From Chlorokybus atmophyticus (lineage: Eukaryota > Plantae > Mesostigma and Chlorokybus algae): 64,000 nucleotides of DNA. Shown in pieces: positions 11,701 through 23,188 of this stretch. The notes under the pieces are model-generated. The model was given only the letters and a program-made list of their open reading frames with translations. It ran no database searches and was not told where the DNA came from. How positions within the stretch are numbered: position 1 is the stretch's first letter; each line of letters starts with the position of its first letter. Made by a program: the position numbers and the translations under genes. The DNA lies in assembly GCA_009103225.1 (NCBI GenBank), contig RHPI01002533.1, positions 1,617,186-1,681,185 on the forward strand, written 5' to 3'.

Positions 11701-14700
11701 AGTACACACGCACCCGCACAAGCACACATGCGGGCCTGCGACACGCATGCGCAAACACATGCACTCATGAAGACATTACCACAAGCCAGCACGCGAGCAC
11801 ATCCGTTCAAGGATGCATGCGTGCGCACACATACGCACACACACACACACATACGCACGCACGCACATGTGTACACGCGCACACGCGCGCACGCATAAGC
11901 GCATGCACAACCCTGTACACACCACGGCAAATAACGTACACTCACGCCCACATTTCAGACCCGTGGGTGGTTCCCCTCCTCGTCCACACCAGCTCTCTCT
12001 CTGACGTTGGCGTGGACCTCTTCGACTCCTCCAACCCCTCCACCTACTACGCCGGCGGTCGCTACCCCAACCTCACGCTCGGCACCCACAACATCACCGT
12101 ACCCATCTACTTCACATCCCCGCACTCTTTCCCCACATCACGTACACTCTCACTACGCGCGTACCTCGTCCCACCCGGTGTCGACGCCGCCACGTACGCG
12201 TGCATACGCGCCGCGGACGACGTGTCGATACACGCCGAGAGGGGACCCAACATGGGTTTGGCCAAGAAGCATGTCACCACATTAGCGGGACCGATCACGT
12301 TGGCGGCGTGCGTGGGTGGGCTGGGGTTAGTGTGGGTGTGGGCAGTGTGGGGGAGGTGGAGGGATCAGAAAGGGAAGATGAAACACGCGCATGCGGGAGC
12401 GATGAGGTATGCGGCTTCAAGAGGAGATATACCGGCACTCGATGTAAGTAGTGTGTGTGGTGGTGTGTTTGGAGTGACTGAGTGAGTGAGTGAGTGACTG
12501 AGTGACTGAGTGACTGAGTGAGTGAATCTCTCTTGCCCCCCCACNNNNNNNNNNNNNNNNNNNNNNNNNNNNNNNNNNNNNNNNNNNNNNNNNNNNNNNN
12601 NNNNNNNNNNNNNNNNNNNNNNNNNNNNNNNNNNNNNNNNNNNNNNNNNNNNNNNNNNNNNNNNNNNNNNNNNNNNNNNNNNNNNNNNNNNNNNNNNNNN
12701 NNNNNNNNNNNNNNNNNNNNNNNNNNNNNNNNNNNNNNNNNNNNNNNNNNNNNNNNNNNNNNNNNNNNNNNNNNNNNNNNNNNNNNNNNNNNNNNNNNNN
12801 NNNNNNNNNNNNNNNNNNNNNNNNNNNNNNNNNNNNNNNNNNNNNNNNNNNNNNNNNNNNNNNNNNNNNNNNNNNNNNNNNNNNNNNNNNNNNNNNNNNN
12901 NNNNNNNNNNNNNNNNNNNNNNNNNNNNNNNNNNNNNNNNNNNNNNNNNNNNNNNNNNNNNNNNNNNNNNNNNNNNNNNNNNNNNNNNNNNNNNNNNNNN
13001 NNNNNNNNNNNNNNNNNNNNNNNNNNNNNNNNNNNNNNNNNNNNNNNNNNNNNNNNNNNNNNNNNNNNNNNNNNNNNNNNNNNNNNNNNNNNNNNNNNNN
13101 NNNNNNNNNNNNNNNNNNNNNNNNNNNNNNNNNNNNNNNNNNNNNNNNNNNNNNNNNNNNNNNNNNNNNNNNNNNNNNNNNNNNNNNNNNNNNNNNNNNN
13201 NNNNNNNNNNNNNNNNNNNNNNNNNNNNNNNNNNNNNNNNNNNNNNNNNNNNNNNNNNNNNNNNNNNNNNNNNNNNNNNNNNNNNNNNNNNNNNNNNNNN
13301 NNNNNNNNNNNAATCCAAGGCAGGCCCAAGCCCCTTCTCTCTCTCTCAGCTCATCGAGCGTCACTCCCCCCTCTTCCTCATCGACTCCTCCGTCTCCGGC
13401 TACACGGCCCTCCACGCCGCCTCCGTTGCCGGTCACGTCGCGGCGCTGGAGTGGCTCCTGCGTCGCGGGGCCTCCGTGCGTTGTATCAAGGAAGACGGGT
13501 GGAGAGACACCGCGCTGCATTACGCGGCGGCGAATGGCAACTTGGCGTGCGTACAGGTAGGGGGACGATACTAGGTGGATGTGGGTGTGGATGATGGGTG
13601 GTGAAGACTGTTGCTCCCCAGGTGTTGGTGGCGCATGGGGCTGACATATTTGCGAGGAATTTCTGTGATGCCACGGCGGCGGATTTGGCGGAGGCGGCGG
13701 GGAACAAGGAGATAGTGAGGTATGTTTCTTTTCTGTGTTTGTTTGTGTTTTTGCGGGTTGAGAATGACCACCCGTGCATGCATTGAGGTGTGATACTACA
13801 CTGCAGAAATGCACAAAGAACACAGAGTAGTATGCACACGAGCATTGTCCTCAAGAGCTACCTGCTACAGGTACTTGGAGAAGATCGGTGAGCAGATTAC
13901 CAGTGGGAGTGAATCACCAGGCCCTAGATCATCTGTTCGAGGAACTCCACTCTCCTTTGAAAGACTCGAATCACTCCACAACGAGGACAATGAGGACAAG
14001 CCTGAGCATGCCGAGCACGCGCACCACTTTAGAGAACAAGTCCAAGGACTCACTGTGGCCCTCAGTGCTGCGCGCATGTTGTTGGACAAGCGTGCGGCCA
14101 AAGCCAACAGCAACAACAACAACAACACGGGTCGGTCCTCCGTCAGATCTCCTGTTGGGTTGTCGCGCTTCGCTGCCAATGTGGAGGAGGACAACAACGA
14201 GGGTGAGGGTGAGGGTGGGAAGGGTGTTGTTGTCGGGGAGGTGAAGACAACGACTACTACTACTGTGGCGAACAGCAATGGAGAGAGGAAGTCGAGGTTC
14301 GCCTCACGTGTAAGATTCCAAGCTGATGAGGAAGAGGATGAAGTGAATGCTGCTGTGGTTGGCACCCCGGTGCTGTTCTCAACTGAAGATGACGGCGACA
14401 ACAACAACAACAACAGCAATAACGACGGTTCTGCAAGCGATGTTGTGGATGCAGAGGACGTGGACGTCGCCGAGGTCGGCGCACCCGTAGTGTTCTCGGT
14501 GGAACTCGATGACAACAACAACAACAACAACAACACCAACAACACCAACATGCATGACGACGGAGCCGACGTTGGTACACCTGTTGTGTTCTCGTTTGAG
14601 GACAGCAACAAACCTCACTCTCAATTACTTGACCGTCACGTGCGGTTTGGGGGTACGATGGACCGAGCAGGCAAGTCTAGCCCGAGACGGTTCCCGGTTA

Positions 14701-17700
14701 CTCCCCGGCAGGGAGAGATCAACACTAACCGGCTGAACCCGCTTGCCCGCACGCCCGTGTTCAATACTATTGTTGATGGTGGTCATGAGACTACAACAAC
14801 TACAACATCGCAACAGCTCAAGCAGAGTCCCACACTGGACTTGAGTGGTGATGATGGTGAGGGTGATGGTGAGGGTGAGGGAGTGGAGAGAAGTGAACAG
14901 ATTGCGTCGTTCCCGTTGGAGTTTGATGCGTCGGATGATGAAGGGGACACTGCGACGGGTGATGCAGAAAGTCAGATGGTAGACAATGTGGACAAGCCGT
15001 CACCCGCACCGCCGCGCACACAACCTGAAGGTACGCGATACACAGTTGCATAAGCGCTTGCTCACGCGCACACATGTATACATGTTGCGTGCGTGTGCAC
15101 TCGGCAACATGCGTGCGTGTGTGCGTGCGTGGCAGCACATGTTGTGTGTGAGCGTGAGAGCGTACTGTGTGTGAGAGCGTACGTGTGCACCTGTGCCCAT
15201 GTGTCAGAAGAGAATACTTTTTGTTATTGAAGAACGTGTTGCTGTTGCTGTCCCAGTTGATGGTGTTGCCGTCGGTCACGACGCGTTGAGCGTCCTCAGC
15301 GCGGCGTTGCCCCGCCTCAAGCTGCACAAAGCCCAGGAGGAGGCCGCCGCCCTCTCCCGCCTGTCCCCGCGACGGTTATCGAAGGAACAGCACGCCGAAG
15401 GGCGACGACAATCGAAGGAACAACACGCCGAAGGGCGACGACAATCGAAGGAACAGCACGCCGAAGGGCGACGACAATCGAAGGAAGAACAACACACAAC
15501 GCACCCACAAGCACAAGCACAAGCGCCAACGCCAGTGCAAGCGCAAGCACAAGCCCAACTAGATGCCTCCCCCTCGCTGCTTCGCGCCAACCACTCCATC
15601 GCCGCACATCGATTGGAGCGCTGGGAGACAAGCGTCGGCACAACACCCGACAAGTGGGTGTTACACCCACCCACCCCCACCCCCACCCCCACTCCTACTC
15701 ACTCACTCACTCACTCTCTGCAGTCGTTCTCCAAGGGTGTTGTCTGAGACCAAGTCCCTGACGCCCTCCCCCCGCGAGCCCCCCCGCGACGCGCGCGCGG
15801 TGCTGGAGCGGGGGTGGGAGGGGGCGGGCAGCGCGGGGACGAGGTTGAAGGAGGGGACGTACGTCTGGAGGACGCTGGCAGTCATGTGCCAGGTAGGTGG
15901 GTCGTGTGTGTGTGTGTGTGTGCGTGGGTGGGTGGGGGTGGGGGTGGGTGGCGGCGTGCATGGTTATGTGCATGTGTGCGTGTGCCTGTGCATGTCTGTG
16001 CGCCTGTCTGTGCATTCGAGTGCATGAGAGTGTGCGCGTCTGCGTGTGTGTGACCTGACGTTGAGTTGCTTCCTTGTGATTTCACGTACCTTTTGAAGCC
16101 ACAGGGTCACAACCCAATACACAGTCTCACGATCACACACTTAAAGCAAGGTGTCCGACACATATTGCTCACAGGTGTTGGGCGTGATCTACTTCATCTG
16201 GCGCGCCCTTCGCACGTTCAACCCCAACTACATGCCGCTGAGCATCATCTTCTTCGTAGCAGAGTTCATCTCCTTCATACCCTCTTTCATCTTCGTGCGG
16301 GAGATGTGGTCACAGATCGAACGCGACACGCGCTCGCTGGACGTGAGTGTGACTTGTTGATGATGGTGCTGGTGTGGTTGTCTCACGTGTGTTATTGTGA
16401 GCAGGAGTTGGGTATACCCGAGGACGAGTATCCCAACGTGGACGTGTTGATCCCGTGCTACACCGAGCCGGTAGATGTTGTCGAGGCCACCACGTGTGCC
16501 GCCCTCGGCATGCTCTACCCGCCCTCAAAGTAAGTCTCATTGCATGCATGTGCATTGTGTGTTGTCTTACCGTTATGTTGTGTCTGTGTGTCCTGCAGGC
16601 TGACCGTGTACATACTTGATGATGGCGCGAATGATAATGTTCGTGCTATGGCACATAAGCTCGAGTTCCAACGCAAGTACCTGAAGCGACAGGCGCAAGT
16701 CATCTATGTCTCACGCAAGAAGGTGATTGCACCCCTCTTCCGCTTACCGAAAGAACATGCGAGTAGACACTCGGCCAAGCATCCGCGCACTCATCCAATC
16801 ACGAGAGCGCGTGTGTGTGCGCGTGTCAGTAAACACACACACAGTGACACACGCACACGCACACACACGCACACGCACGCACGCACATGCACTGATGCTT
16901 GCACGCACACACGCACAAAAACCTCGCACATGCACTCGCACTCGTGTGCACCCCACTCACACTCACACTCACACCCACCTCAGGTGAAGGGCGTTCCCCA
17001 CCACGCCAAGGCGGGCAACATCAACCACTGCTTGCTGAAGGCGGGCCACGCGCGGGGGGACTACGCGGTCGTCTTCGACTGCGACATGATCGCCAAACAG
17101 GTACACATGATACACACATACACACACACACACACACATGTGGTCAACACTCTCCCCCCAACGCAGAGCTTCCTGATGCGCACGATGCCGCACTTTTGCA
17201 TCCAAGCACGAGATGGCAAGTGGCGGTTTAAAGAGAAGGCAGCATTCTTGCAGACACCACAGGTGAAAAGGAGAGTCACTTGTGCGTGTGCGTGACACAC
17301 AGTACTCACCCAACATGCATGCCCACACACAGGACTTTTATAATGTGGAGCCAAGCGATCCTATGGGCCACCGCGCGCGCTTCTTTTATGGACCCATGAT
17401 GCAGGCAAGCAGAGTGTGAACAACACTCGACACACACACATACCCACTCTCTCAATCTCCCCTTCTGTTGGGTCATCTCACTCACTCGTGTTGTTGTTGT
17501 TGTACAGGGCCGTGACGGCGCGGGTGCGTGTCCGTGTGTCGGCACCGGCGTTATCTTTCGACGCGACGCGCTCGTCTCCATCGGGGGACAGGTGACTACA
17601 CAGCCGTCTGTCACACGCCATGTGTGTGCGTGCGACAACTACCACTTCAAGTAATGTTGTTGATGTCGTGTGGGCTGGCAGGCTTACGGGTCTGTGACAG

Positions 17701-18042
17701 AGGACTACAACAGCGCAATGTGCCTACAGGTGAGCCAACTTGTACATCGCATGGTGACATGTTGTCCTGTTGCCTGTGCACTCATGATATGTATGTTATG
17801 TTGTGACAACAACAGGGTGCTGGTTTTGCGTCGATGTACCTCAACTCGCGCATGATCTTCGGGATGGCTCCCGACGACGTGGCCAACACATTCTCGCAGC
17901 GTCTGCGCTGGGCCATGGGCTCCCTGCAGGTTTGTGTGGGTGTGTGGGACATGTGTACACCATGTGTACGTGTGTCTATTCTCTCTCCATCAGTGTGCTT
18001 GTAGTGTATGAGGACCCCTGAGGTCCCAAGCATTGAGGCTTA

Positions 18043-18085
<43 letters not shown>

Positions 18086-20590
18086 TCTGTGCCGAGACAA
18101 CCCGCTGCTTAAATCAGGACTCACGTGGACGCAATCGCTGCTGTTCTTCCAATCTGCTTTCCAGTACGACAATTGTGAATAGTGAATACACACCCGCACA
18201 CCCGCACGCATGCACGCATGCACAACATCAGTCCAACATCACCCTTCGAAGTCGATACGCTGCAACAACTCTGCATGTTTCTGTCTCAGGTATGTCATGA
18301 GCGTCCCCACCCTCTTCATGGCCTGCATCCCCGTGGCGTACTTCTTCTTCTCCGCCGCCCCGATATACGCGCTAGTAAGTGTTGGCGATGTTGTATCATA
18401 CACACATACACACATAAACACACACTCACTCACTCTCTGACCCTGTCTCATCCTCTCAGATCCATGAGTTTCTGGTCTTCTTCTTCGGGTACTACCTTGT
18501 GAACCGATTGATGCTGTGGCACGCACACCGCGGGGTAGAGGGAGGGGACTTGGAGCTGTGGAGAGGATCGCAGGTTATGTGTGTGTATGTGTCGGGTTTG
18601 TGTGTCTGCATATGTGTGTATGTGTCGGGGGAAAGTAACTCACTGCCTGTCCTGCTCCACGCAGATGTGGGTGTGGTGCAGCCCCAACAACCTCCTTGCC
18701 TGCTGGAAAGTCTTCTCAACAGAGTGGAAGGTACTCAGCTTCCTCAAACTTGGAAAGGTACACCTCGACCCCAACATCCCACACTGCCAACACTTGTTGC
18801 CATGCACCCACACCCACACCCACACACCCACACTCAGGTTGGTTTTGCGGTGACGAGCAAGGGTCCCAAGAACGCCAGCTGGCATACCGAGCTCGCCACT
18901 GCTCTCAAAGACACATGGCACTTTGTCATGTACTACATCTTCGCCGTCGCGGGGATGGCGTATGTTGTGTCGCTCATCGCGAGAGACAAGCTTGCCATGA
19001 CGCAGATCGGGTCTCAGGTGTGTGTGTGTGTGTGGGGAGGTGTTGTTGTTGTTGTTGTTGTTGCTCAAAGCTCGATTTGTTACACTTGGCACCAGGCTGT
19101 GGCGGCGCTTTGGTGTGTTCTCATCATGGCTTACGTGTGGCCACCGCTGTCCACGCTGAATATATGGCGAAAGGCGCAGACAGGAGGCCAGGTATGAACT
19201 GTATCATTGATGTTGTTGCTGACACAACATCGATAGCAAACGATCCACATCACATTACAACAACCACAGGTGTTGTGGCACACGCCTCGTGCGCAAGACG
19301 CTCTCCCCTCGCGTCCCGCCACGCTTCGCAAGTCCACATTCAAGTTCCTCCAATCCATGAAGAAGTCCTTCTCGCTCAAACGCACCGGCTCCAACTTCGC
19401 CCGCACGCCAACCAAAGCACACACCAACATGGACACCAACACGGACACCATGAACACATCTGATGCGGCCACTGCTGCCAACACTGCTGCCAACAGCGCG
19501 AGGGACCCCTTAGCTGAAGCTGGCTTCAACAGAGAGAGTCTTAGATTGAACACTAAATTGAGAGTCAACACAATGAGGCCCGCAAGATTGAGCGAGGAGG
19601 GGGGGGAGGAAGAGGGGTTGAGTGGTGAGGAGAGGGCGAGGATGGGGGCTGTCAACAATAAGGCCGAGTATCGACGCACGACACAGGTGAGTGGGTGTGA
19701 GTGTGGGTGTGGGTGGGTGGGTGGATGTGCGTGTCTGCACGTGCGTGTGAGCATGCGTGTTCACATGCGCGCACACGCATGCCCATATGCATGGGTGGGT
19801 GAGTGCCTGCCTGCGTGCGTGTGCGTGTGCGTGTGCGCGTGTTTGCATGCACACGCGCCCATCGCATGTCCACCAACATGTGCTGTTGTATGCACCAGAT
19901 GGTGAACGAAAGATTGAAAGGCGACGAGGAGATGCAGCGCGACATCGCATTGCTCTACGCCCTCTCCACCAACGACAGCGACGACAGTTCAGCAGATCCC
20001 AACAATGCCAGCAGCAACGCCAACACACTTCACCCCTCACGCCTCGGCCTCGCACCGGACTCACCCGCAGCACGCGCACTCTCCTCATTCCGTGCGATGG
20101 TGAACGCATCCGCATCATCATCAACAAGGTCAATGGACTCAAACAACAACTCAGCCGCATCATCCATGCGAAAGGGAGGAGACTCGTTTGCACGTGTTGT
20201 AGGTAAGTGTGGTGTGGACATGCTTGTGCGATGTTGGGTTGGGTTGGAGTATACTGTATCATGTGGTTATGTAACACATAACTGTGTGTTGCAGCGCAAG
20301 TGTATCCGAGCGAGGACTTGCGACAATCTTTACGCAGGCAACAATCGATGCATCCGAAGGACTCGTTGCACGAGTTCACGCGGTACATGACTTCTCGAGT
20401 GGTTTATGAAGAGACAGTGTTAAGGGACCACGCGTCGCTGGTAGCCACGCCAACGTTTCGGTTCAAGAAAGCCAAGCATGACAACTACACGTTCTTGATA
20501 GTGAACTGCATCATGTTCTTGGCGTTTGGGATTGGGGGAGCACTGTACCTGATACTAGAGCAGCCGCCGGAGGACTGGCTAGGATTTTAA
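8706..20590 (+). CDS. Multi-exon GH26 glycosidase - TM - ankyrin - BcsA/cellulose-synthase-like GT2 fusion protein
   Basis: Signal peptide MAKIARCALLAVAILIITAS. GH26 motifs RFAHEMNGSWYPW (E 9967), YYPGDDATDWVG and KPFAIPETG (E 11072). TM ITLAACVGGLGLVWVWAVW followed by RWRDQKGK. Ankyrin repeats GYTALHAA and DTALHYAAANG. GT2 motifs VDVLIPCYTEP, YILDDG, HAKAGN, FDCD, FLQTPQ, TED (17697), QRLRW (17897) and FAVTSK. Splice phases were checked by hand for exons 1-3 and from the last pre-gap exon through the GT2 N-terminus; the remaining exons were assembled from the ORF track. One N gap (12545-13311) lies in a presumed intron. Confidence 0.8.
9718..9800. repeat. (CACACC)n hexanucleotide microsatellite in intron 2 of the fusion gene
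   Basis: Seen directly; it is the source of the spurious PT/HP/HT ORFs. Confidence 0.95.
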
Positions 20591-21165
20591 TTGTAATCTC
20601 ATAGATAATACATTGAATAGCTCATTGTTACAACCATGCATGCATGATTTCATAAGCGTGGCTCGCATAAACATGCACTGCTACGTTGCCTGCTGCCGGT
20701 GTTTAATGACCACGGCAGCAGGCAACATAGTGGATGTGCAGGAGAGTAGAGCAGTCTACTTTCCTGGCTTTCCTACATGAGCAGGTGGGTACGCTCTGCA
20801 CCCTAACACTTGCATTGCACCTAGCGGATCATTGTAAAGTTGTATAGCTATAACTTCAAAGTATAACTATACACAATATACTAGCGCTTGGTCTACATGT
20901 ACGCGCGGCTTGTCTGTGCTTGGATTTGTGAATAGTGTGTGCGCTACAACATGCAATGCCATCTCATGGCATGAGGAGAGAGTGCCCACCTGACCTTGGT
21001 TTGGCTCAAACATAACTAACGGGTTCAACAATAAGTTATTGTTATCAATGAATACTGCCGCGGAACTGTCACATTTGTCTCGAGAAAAAACATGTATTTT
21101 ATAATGCGTGTAAGGTTAACATAATACATGGTATATATATGCTTTTGTCATACTTAGTCTGCCCC

Positions 21166-21654
21166 CCCCCCTCCCCAGCTCGCCCCTCTGGGCGCCCTCG
21201 CCGTCGTGACCGCCGAGCCCGTCTCCGGCCTCTCCCTCGTCTCCGAACCCGAGTGCCGTCGCCTCGGCACGGAACTCGCCGGCGCGGAGAGGGCGGGAGT
21301 CGGGGGGGTCGTGGTGAGGTTCGCGCACGAGATGAACGGGAGCTGGTATCCGTGGAGCCAGAGGCCGGGGGAGTATAGGGAGAAGTTCAGGCTACTGGCC
21401 AAGTGAGTTGGGGGGGGTGTACGATATGTGGTTGGGTGGTCGTGGTATGGATGTGGGGCTGGGGTGTGCGGGGCCAGTGTCACAACCACTGCTTTGCACA
21501 GACTGTGGGACTAGTTGTTGTTGTGCGCTCGTTTAATCGGAGCATCCTGCGACCCCGTGTTTGACTGACCGCTCGTTGGGGTTTTACTTATTAGCCCGTG
21601 GTTGTTGTTGTTGTTGCGCTCAACTTATCTTTTGTTGTTTGTGTGGCAGGGTGA
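21166..21654 (+). repeat. Apparently exact 489-bp duplicate of 9804-10292 (GH26 exon 3 plus intron 3)
   Basis: Constant offset of 11362 at both ends. Bounded by a poly-C run on the left and a single N (21655) on the right. Confidence 0.93.
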
Positions 21655-23124
21655 NCAGAATTTTGACGCGCTAATATGCATAATATTGCCTCCAATTGAT
21701 CAATTGAGTATCCATCATTAGATTAACATATGCAAATTGAGTGTGATGCATTGTTGTTGTTTAGCTTGCTCTGTTTGCACACTTGCTTGTTCTACTGTGG
21801 CCCCTCTTCGAAACCTGGAGTTTGCTTCACCGACCAACTCTACTGTTGGTTATATACGCATCATATATTGCACATAGAGTATCTTGTGTGCACGCAAGAT
21901 AATATGTGATTGAATCTGTGTGCAATATATATAATTGTTGAAACTTTCGCAAGAGCAAAGTATGTTTTGCGCTTTATGTTATGCGCTTTGTAATTGTAAC
22001 TGTGCATGTTATTCACTAACTTACGTGCAGTGATGCATCATCATACAGTGGGATAGTATTTTTGTTCAAGGTACTCATTTGCTGAAAAGATTGCACAATT
22101 GTAAAAATTCAGCTCATGCATGATATATCATACATGAGCTGGATCATGATAATGCACCATATGACCATATTAATGAGTTCAACCACACCATCTGGCTGTT
22201 AGAAGATGTTTTACTCAATTTTTGCATTTGTACTTTGTTGCATACGTGATTTGTTTATCGTAGATGAAGTGATGTGTAGTTATAGTACTGAACCCTAACA
22301 ATTGCGGTGACATAATATCAAACCTTATTTATTGCACAAAAAACATGTTGACCAACAATACTCGATATTATTGACGCTACACAGCAAACTCATATAATTT
22401 GTTGCATATTTCACATGATTATTTCACACCAAAAATATTCCTCAAGAATGGTCAAACGGATACAACTTATATGATTCATGTTATCGCAGTTTAATAATCA
22501 AGCTTAATAAAATAACAACCGACATATTCATGTCGTAAACACATTTTTAACGCAATTGCTGCAATATAATTCAATGCGGCATTACGTGATTGCATTATAA
22601 TATCTCATGCACATTTACGAGCAATATTAATGAGTTCGTTTATAAACTGAACGGCCATTATTAAGAAAAATGTGTTTAAAAGACCGTTTTGTGTTCGTTC
22701 GGGCTATATAATAATAAGCAATAAAAAATAGAACAAACAAGCATGTAGCAGTACATATGTCAAAGATATGTCATAGAGTATAAAGTATTATTATTTTACG
22801 ATGTATACCTTTTTATAAGTTAAATTAAGTACAATTATCATCGAGTACAAACCAAACCCATGATATGATTGATAATTATCATATTGCATATTTTCTAGTT
22901 AACATTATAACATCTTTGGTGGCAAAATGTTTTACGATCATCAATCATATCGTCGTTGTCCGTGTTGCAAGTTTATGTGTGTCATGTTGTAAATTAAATC
23001 CGAAATATTGCATATAACGAAAACGTTGTTGGCAAAATAAAAATAATTATCATTATTGCTCCGGTACGTATTCGTTTGTAGGTGTAGGTGCCCATACGCA
23101 GGTTCAAACCCAGCCCTAGGTATA

Positions 23125-23188
23125 GGATTGGGGCCCGCTTGTTATAGGCAAGGCCTAGCCCTTGCCTATAGCAAGCGGGCCCCAATCC
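23125..23188. repeat. 29-bp inverted repeat (hairpin), 6-nt loop, one G-T mismatch
   Basis: ggattggggcccgcttgttataggcaagg - cctagc - ccttgcctatagcaagcgggccccaatcc. Confidence 0.95.

Noticed and set aside
8401-12004. ORFs of HT/PT/CV/VW dipeptide repeats
   Set aside because: They are translations of intronic (CA)n and (CACACC)n microsatellites.
12295-13823. Long ORFs containing X runs (also 33927-34298)
   Set aside because: They are artefacts of N gaps.
19270-19690. PilZ (c-di-GMP) domain after the GT2
   Set aside because: No RxxxR plus DxSxxG pair or beta-barrel-like sequence; the region is low complexity.
19899-19975. DEEMQRDIALLYALS as a ubiquitin-interacting motif
   Set aside because: The Ala/Ser spacing does not fit the UIM consensus.
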